A stretch of DNA of 64,000 bases from Anthoceros angustus (Eukaryota > Plantae > Anthocerotophyta): NCBI GenBank assembly GCA_010909165.1, contig VJWM01000103.1, positions 124,001 to 188,000 of the forward strand, given 5' to 3'. The position numbers and the translations under genes were made by a program. Shown here one piece after another: positions 1 to 12,777 of the stretch; the stretch's first letter is position 1, and each line of letters begins with the position of its first letter. The notes beneath the pieces were generated by a model. The model had not been told where the DNA came from, ran no database searches, and saw only the letters and a program-made list of their open reading frames with translations.

Positions 1-144
1 AAGAGCATATCAATGTTACAGGTGCGAGCAGCGATTCTCGTGACACCCTTAAAGAACCGGAAGAGCATACCACTGTTACACTGTGCAACTCGATATGGAA
101 GCACTCTGAACGGAACTTCCTGGCTGGTAAAATGCGGGCCAAGT

Positions 145-2682
145 CATGTATAGAGATAGAGTATTCTCTCGAGAGTAGGTACTACGGGATGCCAAAAAGG
201 ACACTAGAAGATACGAGGCACATGGTCTATGCACCAAGGCCCAGAATCCAGATGGAAGTTAAGTGGGGGGTCAGAGAAACCTAGACAAGGAGTACTACGA
301 AACGATTTTTACGAGGCTCGTGAACTACGAAAGTGGAAGGAGAAACCTTCCACGATAATGAATCGATCAACCAAAGAAAAAGGTTTTCTTTGGGTGAGCC
401 GTCTGACAATTTGCCTATTTCTTTTGAGTCGACATAGAGAACCGCAACAAGACGCTATGACTACTCGAAGGGAATTCCCTCCGGTTATGGACCGACTCCC
501 TATGCAGTTTTCTAAAGAATGCGCTTACTAAGGTGATGCTAGGCGATGCTAGCTCTTTAAGAAAGTAGGCAAGGGACCCTCTAAGGCATAAGGAGAGGGC
601 CAAGTCCCGAGGCTTGAGGCCAAGAGAGGGACCAAGGCCAAGGGAGAGGCCTAAGGTCGTTGGCTTGAGGCCAAGAGAGTGACCAAGGCCAAAGGAGAGG
701 CGCAAGTCCCAAGGCGTGAGGCCGAGAGAAAGGACCCAAGATACAAGGAGAGGCACAAGTCCCATGGCGTGAGGCCAAGAGAAAGGACCCAAGGCATAAG
801 GAGAGGCCCAAGTCCCAAGACTTGAGGCCGAGAAGAAAAAGAAAAAGCTCAAGTTCGAGGAGAAACAAGAGTAAAATACTCTTGGGCGCAGGATTTCAAG
901 GGATAAGGGAGGAGAGGATAGCAATGGGTATGTTATCAATCCATTTATTTTCGCAATCTGTTCAAAAATCCCAAGTTAGCTAGCACCCCATCTAGGTACT
1001 GATCCGCCCCAATGGTGCTTAACCGTGGAGTTCCTAGAGCTATCCAACTCACTCATCTCAACCTCTTATCTTTCATAGGGCCTGAGGATTATTTGTATGC
1101 AATATAAACACGCATAGATACTTAGAGGTTTCACTAATCACAATCTAAGCAAGCGGAGTTTGTTAACCTTGATTGAGGTTGTGACTTAGCACTAACCATC
1201 TGGAGTGCATGCCTAGACACACTCAATCGAGAGAGCTACCAACCAGCCATCTCCCGAATCCAAGTCTCGACCAAGAGAGAAGTACGAACACCTCGATTTT
1301 GAAATGCTGGCGGCCTTGAGATGAACCCAATGACTTAATCAACAATCTTTTAAGGATCTATGGTGGCAACACACAAGACACGTCGGTCTTCGGGACAACT
1401 CATGTATAGAGATAGAGTATTCTCTCGAGAGTAGGTACTACGGGATGCCAAAAAGGACACTAGAAGATACGAGGCACATGGTCTATGCACCAAGGCCCAG
1501 AATCCAGATGGAAGTTAAGTGGGGGGTCAGAGAAACCTAGACAAGGAGTACTACGAAACGATTTTTTTGCAGTAGCTCAGCGGAACTCTGAAAAGTGGAA
1601 GGAGAAACCTTCCACGATAATGGATCAGTCAACCAAAGAAAAAAGGTTTTCTTTGGGTGAACGCTTGCCCGACCGACTTGCCTATTTCTTTTGAGTCGAC
1701 ATAGAGAACCGCAACAAGACGCTATGACTACTCGAAGGGAATTCCCTCCGGTTATGGACCGACTCCCTATGCAGTTTTCTAAAGAATGCGCTTACTAAGG
1801 TGATGCTAGGCGATGCTAGCTCTTTAAGAAAGTAGGCAAGGGACCCTCTAAGGCATAAGGAGAGGGCCAAGTCCTGAGGCTTGAGGCCAAGAGAGGGGAC
1901 CAAGGCCAAGGGAGAGGCCTAAGGTCGTTGGCTTGAGGCCAAGAGAGTGACCAAGGCCAAAGGAGAGGCGCAAGTCCCAAGGCGTGAGGCCGAGAGAAAG
2001 GACCCAAGATACAAGGAGAGGCACAAGTCCCATGGCGTGAGGCCAAGAGAAAGGACCCAAGGCATAAGGAGAGGCCCAAGTCCCAAGACTTGAGGCCGAG
2101 AAGAAAAAGAAAAAGCTCAAGTTCGAGGAGAAACAAGAGTAAAATACTCTTGGGCGCAGGATTTCAAGGGATAAGGGAGGAGAGGATAGCAATGGGTATG
2201 TTATCAATCCATTTATTGCAATTCATTCAAAAATCCCAAGTTAGCTAGCACCCCATCTAGGTACTGATCCGCCCCAATGGTGCTTAACCGTGGAGTTCCT
2301 AGAGCTATCCAACTCACTCATCTCAACCTCTTATCTTTCATAGGGCCTGAGGATTATTTGTATGCAATATAAACACGCATAGATACTTAGAGGTTTCACT
2401 AATCACAATCTAAGCAAGCGGAGTTTGTTAACCTTGATTGAGGGTTGTGACTTAGCACTAACCATCCTGGAGTGCATGCCTAGACACACTCAATCCAGAC
2501 GGAGCTACCAACCAGCCAGCCCATCGGAGCGAATTCGAAGTCTCGACCAAGAGAGAGAAGTACGAACACCTCGATTTTGGTACTGGCGAAGCGCAGATGA
2601 ACCCAATGACTTAATCAACAATCTTTTAAGGATCTATGAGTGGCAACACACAAGACACGTCAGTGCTGCCGGGACAACTCAG
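145..2682. repeat. ~1.26-kb direct tandem duplication (units ~145-1400 and ~1401-2682), probably LTR/leader of a retroelement
   Basis: 'catgtatagagatagagtattctctcgagagtagg' starts at both ~145 and 1401. The copies are colinear throughout and differ mostly by small indels. Each holds an internal array of 'gaggccaagagag/cccaag' motifs (~575-830 and ~1845-2100). Confidence 0.85.
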
Positions 2683-2724
2683 TGGAAGCGATAGCGAAGA
2701 GGACTTCTCTCTAGGAGCTGCCAA

Positions 2725-3210
2725 GATGGGAGGAGACAAGGATCGAATGGAGTTGTTCACGGAATGAGTGGGCACCTTGCCACTGGAGGACTTCATCGAG
2801 AAGTATGATGCAGTGTGCGTGAAGATGGAATCGAAGACCCGATACACGAAGCGATACAACTTCATCCAAATGCCGAAGTACTTGGGGGATGAAGCATTAG
2901 TGTGCTATCGAGAGCACAAGGTGAGGTTGTTGAGTGGCACATCTGAAGGACCAGTGAGTAGCACTTCGAGCTCCGCAGGAACTAGTACACCTACAGTAGA
3001 AACTGGAACACTTGCGGTAAGAACCAGTGCACCAAGTGGGCAAGATCCCATCGAAGAGATGTTTGACCTCTTCCGGCTGGAGTTTCCTGCAAGCACGGAT
3101 GAGAAGATCTCCGAGCTAACACACTTCAAGATGAAGTCAGGCAAGACTGCGAGGATGGCTTATCGAAAATCAACCAGTTAGTACATGACACCAAGATCAT
3201 CAGTAACCGA
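2725..3210 (+). pseudogene. Degenerate retrotransposon gag-like fragment
   Basis: ATG at 2725 frameshifts into ORF 2768-3181 (LPLEDFIEKYDAVC...KYLGDEALVCY...EMFDLFRLEFP...KISELTHFKM), which resembles Ty3/gypsy capsid motifs. No pol follows. Confidence 0.5.
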
Positions 3211-3219
3211 CTGGCTGTA

Positions 3220-3350
3220 GCTAGCATCTCCTTAGCAAGCCTAGCATGTCTAGCAAGCCTATCACACTAAGCCTAGCACGTCCTAGCATCGCCTAGTACA
3301 CTAAGCCTAGCACGGCCTAGCATCGCCTAGTACTCTAAGCCTAGCACGGC
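3220..3350. repeat. CCTAGCA-type minisatellite, left part; it resumes at 9563-9690 after the insertion
   Basis: Repeated 'gcctagca/cactaagcctag/catcgcctag' units on both sides of the 3351-9557 element. Confidence 0.75.
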
Positions 3351-4054
3351 TGTGGACGACGGACTCTCCTTGGGGTTAGGAAATAAGCCGGGTTTGTTTT
3401 TTTTCGTAGGTATGGAGTGTAAAATAAGACGGAAAGGGAGGAATAAGCACGGACGATACTCCGGACTACACTCCGGACTCCGGGGTAGGTAGCGGACCCT
3501 GGAGCCCACTCCGAAGGACTCCGAACCACGCACCGGAGTATTAGGATAAGTCCGGACTCCACTCCGGATCAAAACGGGATAACTACGCCAAGTAAGGTAA
3601 CTTAGAAGTTGGAGCGTGAGTTAGACAGGGCGGCGCCACGTGGATGGTCTTGAGTGGTGAGCGGGCATGCGGCGGACGGGGCCGTAGCATTGCCAGTGGC
3701 CGTTATAGCGGTATTCACGCTCCGTGTACCGTGCAGCGTAAGGCCAGAGTAGGCGGAAGCGTAAGGTGAGAGTAAGCCATGCAAACTCTTGACAGTTACG
3801 GACAGCGAAGAGCCGCCCTTCCGCGCGGCGGTTACTTCCGACGGAGAAAAGAGGCGGAGGTCATTCTTCCAAACAACTTCGCGGCGAGTTTCGCATTCTC
3901 TCGCGCTCAGACACCCGGCTCTCTGGCGTTGTCTTTTTGATCGCTCCGGCATCCTTCGGCGCAGTTCGACTTGGCGAGTGAAACAAGCGACCGCGGCCGG
4001 GAGGCGGAGATTGTGGAGCTTCACGCCTCAGCCAGGGGACCGAAGGAGTGCGAA

Positions 4055-6600
4055 GATGGGACCCAAGAAAGCGGCGGAGGCGTGGGAGCCATGGCGCTTG
4101 GTGGAGCGCAACATCGTCAGCGCTACGGACTTGATCCGTGGGCGGAGGAGGCGGGGAGCCGGTGAAGGAATGGCACTGGACATTTTCAGGCCGTCGGACC
4201 TTGGCGTCGCCTTAGTCCGAGAATGCCGAAAATGTTGGCGGCCAACAAGGAGGTCCGATCCAAGAACCTGCGGGAGGACCCTAGGAGGTGGACCGTGGAG
4301 GTCCTAAGGACGGATTACAATCGCCCAGCAGAAGAAATTGGGGGCGTAGTTCCGGAGCCCCTCAAGGCAAGAGGAAAGATAAAGGCGGCAAAGGCGGCAA
4401 TGCTAAAGCCAGGGACGCAACGGACAACCAACGGCTGGCTGATGTCGGATTTGTTGGACAGGAGGGTGAGAGCAGTGGCCAGGATCATTGTCCACTGGAA
4501 CATGCTCACCAAGGTAGATCACCTTGGTGATAATCTACTGGTGTTCCTGCATGCTCTGCAGAGGGGAAAGAGGGCAGACTGGGGGAGGATCATCTTCGCC
4601 AGGGTCAATCAGGAAGCTCGCAAGCTGAGGTGCGAGAAGCCCCCTCCGTCGGCGTTATCGCCGTTTTTGATTCATGTGTGGGGGCACGCGAACCTCCTGA
4701 AGGAGGGTGAAGAGGCAGCACTCACAGAAGGCGCCGCTCTGGGAGGCGGAGGAAGCGCGAGGCGAGGCCCGATTCGGAGTAAGGGTCCGGGAGGAGGGCA
4801 GGAGGATTCCAGACTCCATACGCTGGGCGGACCCCTCGCCACCGAAGTGTGGAGGACATCACTTCTCTCCTCCTGGTGCCCCGGGGCCGGCCGGCGGGAG
4901 GCGGCCACAGACGGGAGTTGGCGGCTCCGGCTCGGCGGGAGGCGGGAAGAGGCGGCCACGACAACGGCGGTGAGCCCGGCGGAGGCGGGAAGAGGCGGGC
5001 CGGTGGAGGAGGCGAGCCCAGGGCGGTGCCGTGCCCTTGCCCCGCAGCGGGTGGCAAGAAGCGGAGGAGGCGAGGCGGAGGAGGCCCGGAGGCGGCCCAG
5101 GAGGCGGGAGGCCATTGGCGGCAGCCTCACGGGCTGTCCTCTCTCCGGGAGGCAAAGGGCCAGCTCCGGACCTTCACCACCTCAAGCCCGGGAGGAAAAG
5201 AGCCGAGAAGGAGTTAGCGGCCAAGAGGGCTAAGGAAGGGAGGCCGGACCACTCGGGACCTAAGAGTCTGATTAGGTCCGAGAGCCAGTCCGGACTCCAT
5301 ACGCTGGGCGGAGGCGGAGGAGGCGGAGGCCGCCTTGGCGGACCGGAGATGCCGCGCCACAGCGGACTTCTGGGCATCTCCCAGCGGACCGTGGAAGAAG
5401 CGAGTTCTCGCTACCGTCATGGACGGTATGCTTTGGGGTCTCTGCGGAACAGCGGAGAAGACCCAAGAAGTGGAGGCCACCCGGCGGAGGATGGTGGAGC
5501 TTCAAGTGCAGGTAGAGGCGGCCCAGGAGGCGAAGAAGAAGGCAGAGTCCCTCGCCCGAATCGAGGAAGGGAAACGTCGGGAGGCGGAGCGAGAGGTCCG
5601 GACGGTTCGACAAGGCCGGACCAAGGTCCTCCACTGCAACAAATGAGGCATGCGCAGAGGCCCAAGCAGTGAAGACCTCTGCGAGGCGCGGCGGAGGCGG
5701 AGGCGGAGAGGGCTCGCGACACAGTCGAGGCGGCCCTGGACCAACATCGCATCAGGTCCGGACTCGAGGCGAGGCGGAGGCGGAAGGTCGATCGGGATCA
5801 CTACCACGTGATCGGGCCGGTGGAGGAGGCTGGAGGAAGCCGAGTCGGGACCTAAGAGTCTGATTAGGTCCGGACTCGAGGCGAGGCTGGAGCAAGCACG
5901 AGCCGTGAGGAGGCCCGGAGGTCGGCACCGGGAAATAGGGGACCTCGGTCAGGACTCGAGGCGGAGGCGGAGGCGGGCGAGGCTGGAAGGCAACAAGGAC
6001 ACAGGCTGCAACTCCAAGACGACGGAAGCAGGGATTCTCAACGAGAGAATCCAAGACTTGAGTGGGAGATAGGCGCCTCCGGCTTGAAGACGGAGGAGAA
6101 TAGGCGGCGGTCCAAGGAGTTCGACATCGCGAGGCCGGTCGAGGCGGAGGAGGCGGGCTTCGAGAGTCGGACGGGCGCCCGCCCACTGAGAAGGAAGTGG
6201 CGGACCTCCGGGAAAGGATGAACGGAGGGATGAGAGCGCTGGAGGAGGAGCAGAGGCTGCTTGTCCGGTTGCGGGAAGCAGAGGGGGAGCTCAGCTCCAT
6301 GGCCAGCAAACTGGCGGAGCTAGAACGACGAAGGGAGGAGGAGCACGTCGAGCAGCAGCAAAGGCTGCAGGAGGTGTCGGAGGCCGCCTTGGCGGCATCA
6401 AGGGAGGCTGCCCGGCTACAATTGGCAAGCCTGGCGGTGGAGACGGCCAAGAGGCCGGACAACACGCCACCGCCGAGCACCTGGAGGAGGAGTACGGTGC
6501 TCCGGCCCATGTGGAGGAGGCAATTCAACAAGTCGATTCCGATTTTGCCTACCACCACGCAGCTTCTCAAGGTGAGGTCTTGAGCCGCCCTCGGCGGAGG
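4055..6600 (+). pseudogene. Frameshifted accessory ORF of the retroelement (putative plant transposon protein-like domain followed by coiled-coil)
   Basis: MGPKKAAEAW... from 4055. ORF 4223-5233 contains FLHALQRGKRADWGRIIF...LSPFLIHVWGH, resembling accessory ORFs of Tat/Athila elements. ORFs 5335-5646 and 6197-6583 are E/R/A-rich coiled-coils. Confidence 0.5.
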
Positions 6601-6924
6601 AGGCGGGCCGTAAGAGTCGGAAGGAGGAGCGAGGGAGGAAGGCCGGACAGATGCCCACGGGACCTTAGGAGGCCGCCTTGGCGGCATCAAGGAGGCTACC
6701 CGGCTACAATTGTGGCTGGCGGTGGAGGCGGGCGGTGGTGGACAACACGCCTTCTTTGGAGCACCTCTGGAGGAGAGTGCAAGGTGCTCGGGCCCATGTG
6801 GAGGAGGCAATTCAACAAGTCGATTCGATTTTGCCTACTACCACGCAGCTTCTCAAAATGGGGTCTTGAGCGCCCTCGGCGGAGGCGGGCTTCGAGAGTC
6901 GGAAGGAGGCGAGGGAGGAAGGCC

Positions 6925-9057
6925 CGGGGCCAGGACCACGGGACCTTAGGAGGCTTGTTTGGCAGCAGACGGCGGCGGGCGGGCGGGCGGGCGGGCGTGG
7001 AAGGTTGCCGCTTGAGGTAAGCGCTCCGCACCTCACGGGAGAAGGAGGAGGGCCTGGAGGGCCGGAAGGCGACTGGGCAGCACGGAATCACGGGGGGCTC
7101 GGTGGGCGAACCATCGAGAAGTCCACCAAGGGGAAAAACCGCCATGAGTCCGGACCTTGTCCGCCTCCTAAGTCTGGACTCGAGGTCCGGACTCTGAGTG
7201 ACAGACCGGACCCTCGGTCGGCGCGAAGGAGGCCGGGTCAGGCCGACCCGGAGAGGAGCCGGACCGAGGTCCGGACTCAGGAAGGAGGACCAGGTCCGGA
7301 CTCAGAGAGACCGGACCAGGTCCGGACTCGAGAGGACTGAGGTCCGGACTCGAAGAGACCGGACCTCAGTCCGGACTCGAGTCGAGGCCGGACCTCGAGG
7401 TCAAGTCGAGGCCGGGACTCGAGGTCCGGACTCCCGGTCGAGGACCTCGAGGTCCGGACTCGGTCGAGGCGGACCAGGTCCGGACTCGAGGCGGGAGCCT
7501 CAGGCAGGGGAGCAACCGTGGCCCCACGGGAGAGGACCCACTCGGGGCTGGAGGAAGACCTCGTGGTGATCGCGGTCGCCGATCGCCGGTAGCCCAACCC
7601 CGGCTGTGATTCCGGAAGGGAAGGGGTCCCGCGAATCATCCGATTGCGCGCCCAACTGCCGAGCGGGATTGGGCCACCAGCGCCGAGGACAGGACCAAGG
7701 GCATCCCCAGGCCCACCACCGACGACGGAGATAGGAGGAAGGGAATAAGATGGTAGGCGGCCGATTAGGGTACACCGACGGCCACCGTTTCGTAATAGGG
7801 TGTAATAAAGACCGACACGTAGTATAAGAGGGCTGAGGCTACTCTAGTAAAGTATCTTTCTCTTAGGTGTTGATGCCGCGTCTTCTTGCAGGCCCTTTGC
7901 GTGCCTTCTTGTTAACGCGAGTCCCGAGTCGAGACCGGACCGAGGTCCGGACTCGGGAGGCGGTCAAGGTCCGGTGACGGACCTAACGTGTGGTGGTGGG
8001 TGCGGAAGAGCGACTAGGGACCCTTGCTGCAGCAGCCGCCCGGGGCCAGGACCACGGGACCTTAGGAGGCTTGTTTGGCAGCAGCGGCGGCGGGCGGGCG
8101 GGCGGGCGGGCGTGGAAGGTTGCTGCTTGAGGTAAGCTCCGCACCTCACGGGAGAAGGAGGAGGGGCCACAGGAGGGCCGGGGAAGGCGACTGGGCAGCA
8201 CGGAATCACGGGGCTCGGTGGGCGAACCATCGAGAAGTCCACCAAGGGGAAACCCGGGTGCTCGAGTGGGACCTTGTCGCCTCCTAAGTCTGGACTCGAG
8301 GTCCAGGACTCTAGTGACAAGGCCGGACCCTCGGTCCCAGGGGCGAAGGCCGGTCAGGCCGGAGGACCCGGAGAGGCCGGACCAGGTCCAGGACTCGGAA
8401 GGAGGCCGGACCACGAGGTCCGGACTCGAGGAGGCCGGACCTGAGGTCCGGACTCGGTCGAGGACCGGACCGAGGTCCGGACTCGAAGAGAGCCGGACCT
8501 CAGGTCCGGACTCAGTCGAGGCCGGACCTCGAGGTCAGGACTCGAGTCGAGGCCGGACCTCGGGGTCCGGACTCGGTCGAGGCGGACCAGTCAGGACTCG
8601 GTCGAGGCCGGACCCGGTCCGGACTCGGGCGAGGGCCTCAGGCTGCACGGGGGGCAAGGTCGGTGGCCCTCTGGGAGAGGACCCTCGGGGCCGGGGAGGA
8701 AGACCTCGTGGTGATCGCGGTCGATCGGACCGGCCCAACTGACGATTAGGGAAGGGAAGGGGTCCCGCGAATCATCCGATTGTGCGCCCATGTCGAGGCG
8801 AGATTGGGCCACCAGCGCCGAGGCAGGACCAAGGGCATCCCAGGCCCAAGCGAAGGAGAAGGAGGAAGGGAATAAGATGGTAGGCGGCCGATTAGGGTAT
8901 CTTGGTGGCCACCATTTCGATAGGGTGTAATAAAGGCGACTTGGGCGTAGTATAAGAGGTGAGGCTACTCTAGTAAAGTATCTTTCTCTTAGGTGTTGAT
9001 GCCGCGTCTTCTTGCAGGCCCTTTGCGTGCCTTCTTGTTAACGCGAGTCCCGAGTCA
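6925..9057. repeat. ~1.1-kb tandem duplication inside the 6.2-kb element
   Basis: 'cggggccaggaccacgggaccttaggaggcttgtttggcagc' at ~6925 and 8041. 'tctcttaggtgttgatgccgcgtcttcttgcagg...cccgagtc' at ~7860-7930 and ~8985-9057. Confidence 0.8.
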
Positions 9058-10073
9058 GCAGTCGTGACTCGGGAGGCGGTCAAGGTCACAGGTGAGACCC
9101 TAACGTGTGGTGGTGGAGTGCGGGGAAGACTAGGACCCTTGCTCGTCGAGGCGGCGGCCGACGGCCGGAACATGTGGCCGGGAGGAACTCGGGAGGCGTC
9201 TGAGCCGGACGGAGAGGCCCGCAGAGCGAGAGAGTCCGACCGCGTAGCCATCCGCGTTCCCGGGCGAAGTGAGTGTAGTGAGAGTGGTGAGAGGAGCGGA
9301 CTAGAGGGATGAGGACGAACTTGAATGACATGACGCGAACGGGTCCTAAGCTTACGCCGGCCGCCGCCGGTGAACGTTGCGGGTAGTTAGGCGTAAAACA
9401 ATGAATAGGTGTGTTGAGACTGAACGGATACTAAGTGAGGTGAGAAACGATTGAAACGTGGCAAACGGAGCCTATCATTCTCTTGGGAGCGGACCCCTTA
9501 CTACAACGGCACGGGATTGTGCGCGCCCAGCTGGCCATCAGCGAAAGTCGCGCCACAACGGCCTACCATCGCCTAGCACACTTAGCACACTAGTATGCCT
9601 AACAAGCCTAGCACACTAAGCCTTGCGTGGCATAGCATCGCCTAACTTGCCTAGCAAGCTTATCAATCCTAGCACGCCTATCTAGCGTACACATGAGATC
9701 ATAGCTTGTAATAATAGGAGAGAGTAGCTCGCACGTCGTGGCACAAAGACACTCTCCCTATGAGAACAACGCGCAAATTCCTCACACATTGCTCTCGAAG
9801 TCATAGCTTTGGCCTCCTCACAACACTCTTGCATTGTATATCTATGATAGTCCTAACCGCGATTGCAAACTTCCGTTTTTTCGTATGGCCATTACAAACA
9901 GGGGAAGGTGTGGGAATGTACAAGGCTGTGGTTCGCACGCTGAACTATCTATCATATCAACACCAATTCAAAATCACCCGGGAGGGTAAGGCACCATGGC
10001 AGGAGTAAGGTAACCGTTATTTGGAGTAAACAATATTTGACCTCACGTTGTGGGAAACAGAAGATGGGTTGGA

Positions 10074-10253
10074 GTTCTTGTCATTTATTCCAAATGCTGA
10101 AATCGGCCCCACACCCTTGCTTGCAATATGATAAGCCCATATCTTTTCATGTGGAGGTAATTTGTTCTTGTCATTTATTCCAAATGCTGAAATCGACCCC
10201 ACACCCTTGCTTGCAATATGATAAGCCCATATGTTTTCATCTGGAGGTAATTT
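10074..10253. repeat. 90-bp tandem repeat x2 in AT-rich TE-like DNA (further short tandem pairs at ~10942-11038 and ~11322-11395)
   Basis: 'gttcttgtcatttattccaaatgctgaaatc...gaggtaattt' occurs twice in succession. Confidence 0.8.
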
Positions 10254-12777
10254 GTATACCTCAATAGGAGATAATCAAGAGCTTGAATGTTAGTGAATAA
10301 CATGTGCTTAATGTAAATAAAAACAATTTTTATGTATCAATCGTAGACGGAAGTGACCCTTGCAAGTGGAGAACTTGAATGTTAACATTGAAAATTTCTC
10401 ATCAGGTTAACTATATGTGAAAGGATTCGGTAAATTAAAAACTAATATAGGTTGTTGTTTTTGGATATGAAGGATATACATTATTTTGTTGAGGAGTATA
10501 ACATGAACATAAGTTATGAAGATCTAAAGATATATGGACCTGGGTAAATTATGAATAGAAAACAACAGCAATGCAGGAGCTAGGTGGTGGATCTATGTAT
10601 TACACTTGTTGTATATATTGTTGTGTATATTTTTTGGTTGAAGAAGGAATAAGATATGTAAGAAAATTAGTATTTCATATCCATTGTCTCATGTGGTAAG
10701 CTCTTGGGCCTCTCATGGTAAGCTCGCGAGCTGTTGATGATGAAGGAGTTGAATTTTTTGCCATGAAGTTGTGCCTCTAGAATGCGAAGTATGAAGAAAT
10801 GACTTACTAGGTTTATCTATTAGTACATTAAAATCTTGAGACAGCTTTTGCAGCCCTTGTTTTTGAAGGGGATGAAGTAAGTTCTTCTATTGTATGACCT
10901 ACGCATAAGCGGGCTCTATCACCATTATGTGCTCAATGAAAACTAGTTGGATATAAGTTTGATGAGAGTTGAAGACAACAAGATCTTTCACTAGTTGGAT
11001 ACAAGTTTTGATGAGAGTTGAAGACAATAAGATCTTTCAGATAAAAGTATGTTGAGGAAGGTTGATTAATGTGCAAACATAGTAGAGAGGATAAAGTAAG
11101 TATGCATCATTACAAGTAAATAAGTTTAACTTTTCTTAAAATTTTAACTGGCATGATAATATTTGCATGAGGCCTGAGTAACAACCCTCTTGAAGGAAAT
11201 ATCCGTGGGATGTATGGTAATTTTTCAGATTACTACATCATTGGGAAGTCCAATTAGTTGTCACATCAATGTGTAAAGAAAATTAATTGGGCTTGCGTTT
11301 AACATTGGATGCGAGCTCATGCGATAGGAAAGCCACGTCATTAGCCACAGGCAAAGGGTGATAGGAAAGCCATGTCATTAGTCATAGGCAAAGGCATGAC
11401 GAAAAGACTGACAATCAAAAGGTGCGACGCCTCTATGCGTTCTTCATGAATCTGTCGGTGGTAGATAGTCCTGTCCAACCTGCATCAAAACCCGTAGTTA
11501 AGTACCTTAACGGTCGTCCAGGACTCAGATAGGGTGCATATGTAGCTCGTTTTGCTAAATCATTTATATTCCTTTTTCCCCTTCTGTCTGTCTTTGCTCA
11601 GCCATAGGCAAAGCAAAGACCTGGGTGCAGGAATCAAAAAAGCTCCCAACTAGGACGCTAAAATCAGAAAAGCTCCCAACTAAGGTGCGAAAATGAGGAA
11701 CCATGCGGTATCATGAACTATGTGGCGCAGATGACAAAACCGTGCGATCCTGATTAGGGTTTATCAGCCCGAAAGGCACGCAGAGGTTCTTTGCTTCCGG
11801 GCTCTTCGTGTATCGTCTAGCCCAGTGTCCCACCGGATGATGATCTGGCACTCCCGACCGAACGAGCCAGCATTAATGGCCATCGGGTATCGATTTGCAA
11901 GCAACTGGGGCAGGTCCGTAACGCACCAGAGACAGGTCTTTGATGGAGTAAGGTCTACATGTTAATCGGGAGTTTGTTGAAAGAATGGCCACGAAAAAAT
12001 CAATATGGCTGCCATAGAGTAAGTTTTGTTGCATTACCCCAATTTGTTTCTACGCCTGGGGTTCCTACTTTTTTTTTTAATTTGATATTTTGAAAATAAA
12101 TCAAAACAACCCCGGGGGAGAAATCTTCAGCAAGGGTTCTGATTCCCCTATGTTACACATCGTATCATCCCAACAGTAAGAGACTATACTCTTTCCCGAG
12201 GTCATCTGAGTACGTGCCTAGATACCATCGTTGGCAAGGTTTGAGGCAGTTGTTGGACATCAGATTCTCTACTCTCCTTGGGCATCGTGACATCAATGTT
12301 GCTGCTCGATACTCTCTATCCCTATGTTGATATGAGAAGGAACTCCTGGTCTCTCTCCTGCTATGGAGAAGGAATTGCATATATGATGTGCTGACCATGA
12401 CTTTGGAATCCATTGTTTTCCGAGGCTTGTGAATTCACTGAACCGCTCCCCTACGACATGGTCGCTGGCCCTCATTCAAGCCTGGATCATGCATGACTTA
12501 AGGCTACCTCCACATAGGCGGCTCCTGGGTGAAAAAAAGAGGATGAAAGACAAGGTTCAGTTTACTATATAAACTCCCTGAAATAGGCGGAAGATTAGGT
12601 TCACGTTACTAAAGTAATGAGAGGGTTCCATAATGAAGCGAAGGCAGCTGCCTTGCAAAAACAGCTCTCATTGCTCTGAGCTGAACCTGCCTGCAAATCC
12701 TTTACGTCATGGCCAGCATTCAACGTTGGAATCTGTAGTCCAAAACGGTCTGCAGGTACATAAGCTCGTGAAGTCTA

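Larger units (their letters stand above)
3351..9557. mobile_element. 6.2-kb TG...CA element with 5-bp TSD (ACGGC); probable giant solo LTR of a Tat/Ogre-like Ty3/gypsy element
   Basis: Left flank acggc (3346-3350) then TGTGGACGAC. Right end GTCGCGCCACA (to 9557) then acggc (9558-9562). Short terminal inverted repeat TGTGG/CCACA, dense GTCCGGACTCG repeats, no gag/pol, and the two ends are not direct repeats of each other. Confidence 0.75.

Noticed and set aside
4672-9331. Many overlapping Arg/Pro/Gly-rich ORFs
   Set aside because: Products of very high GC content and GTCCGGACTCG repeats, not independent genes.
3351-9557. Ginger- or Polinton-type DNA transposon
   Set aside because: Terminal inverted repeats are only ~5-10 bp and no integrase or polymerase motifs are seen.
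11590-11770. MULE-TIR-like repeats (aaaagctcccaacta x2)
   Set aside because: No matching inverted copy or TSD found in the window.
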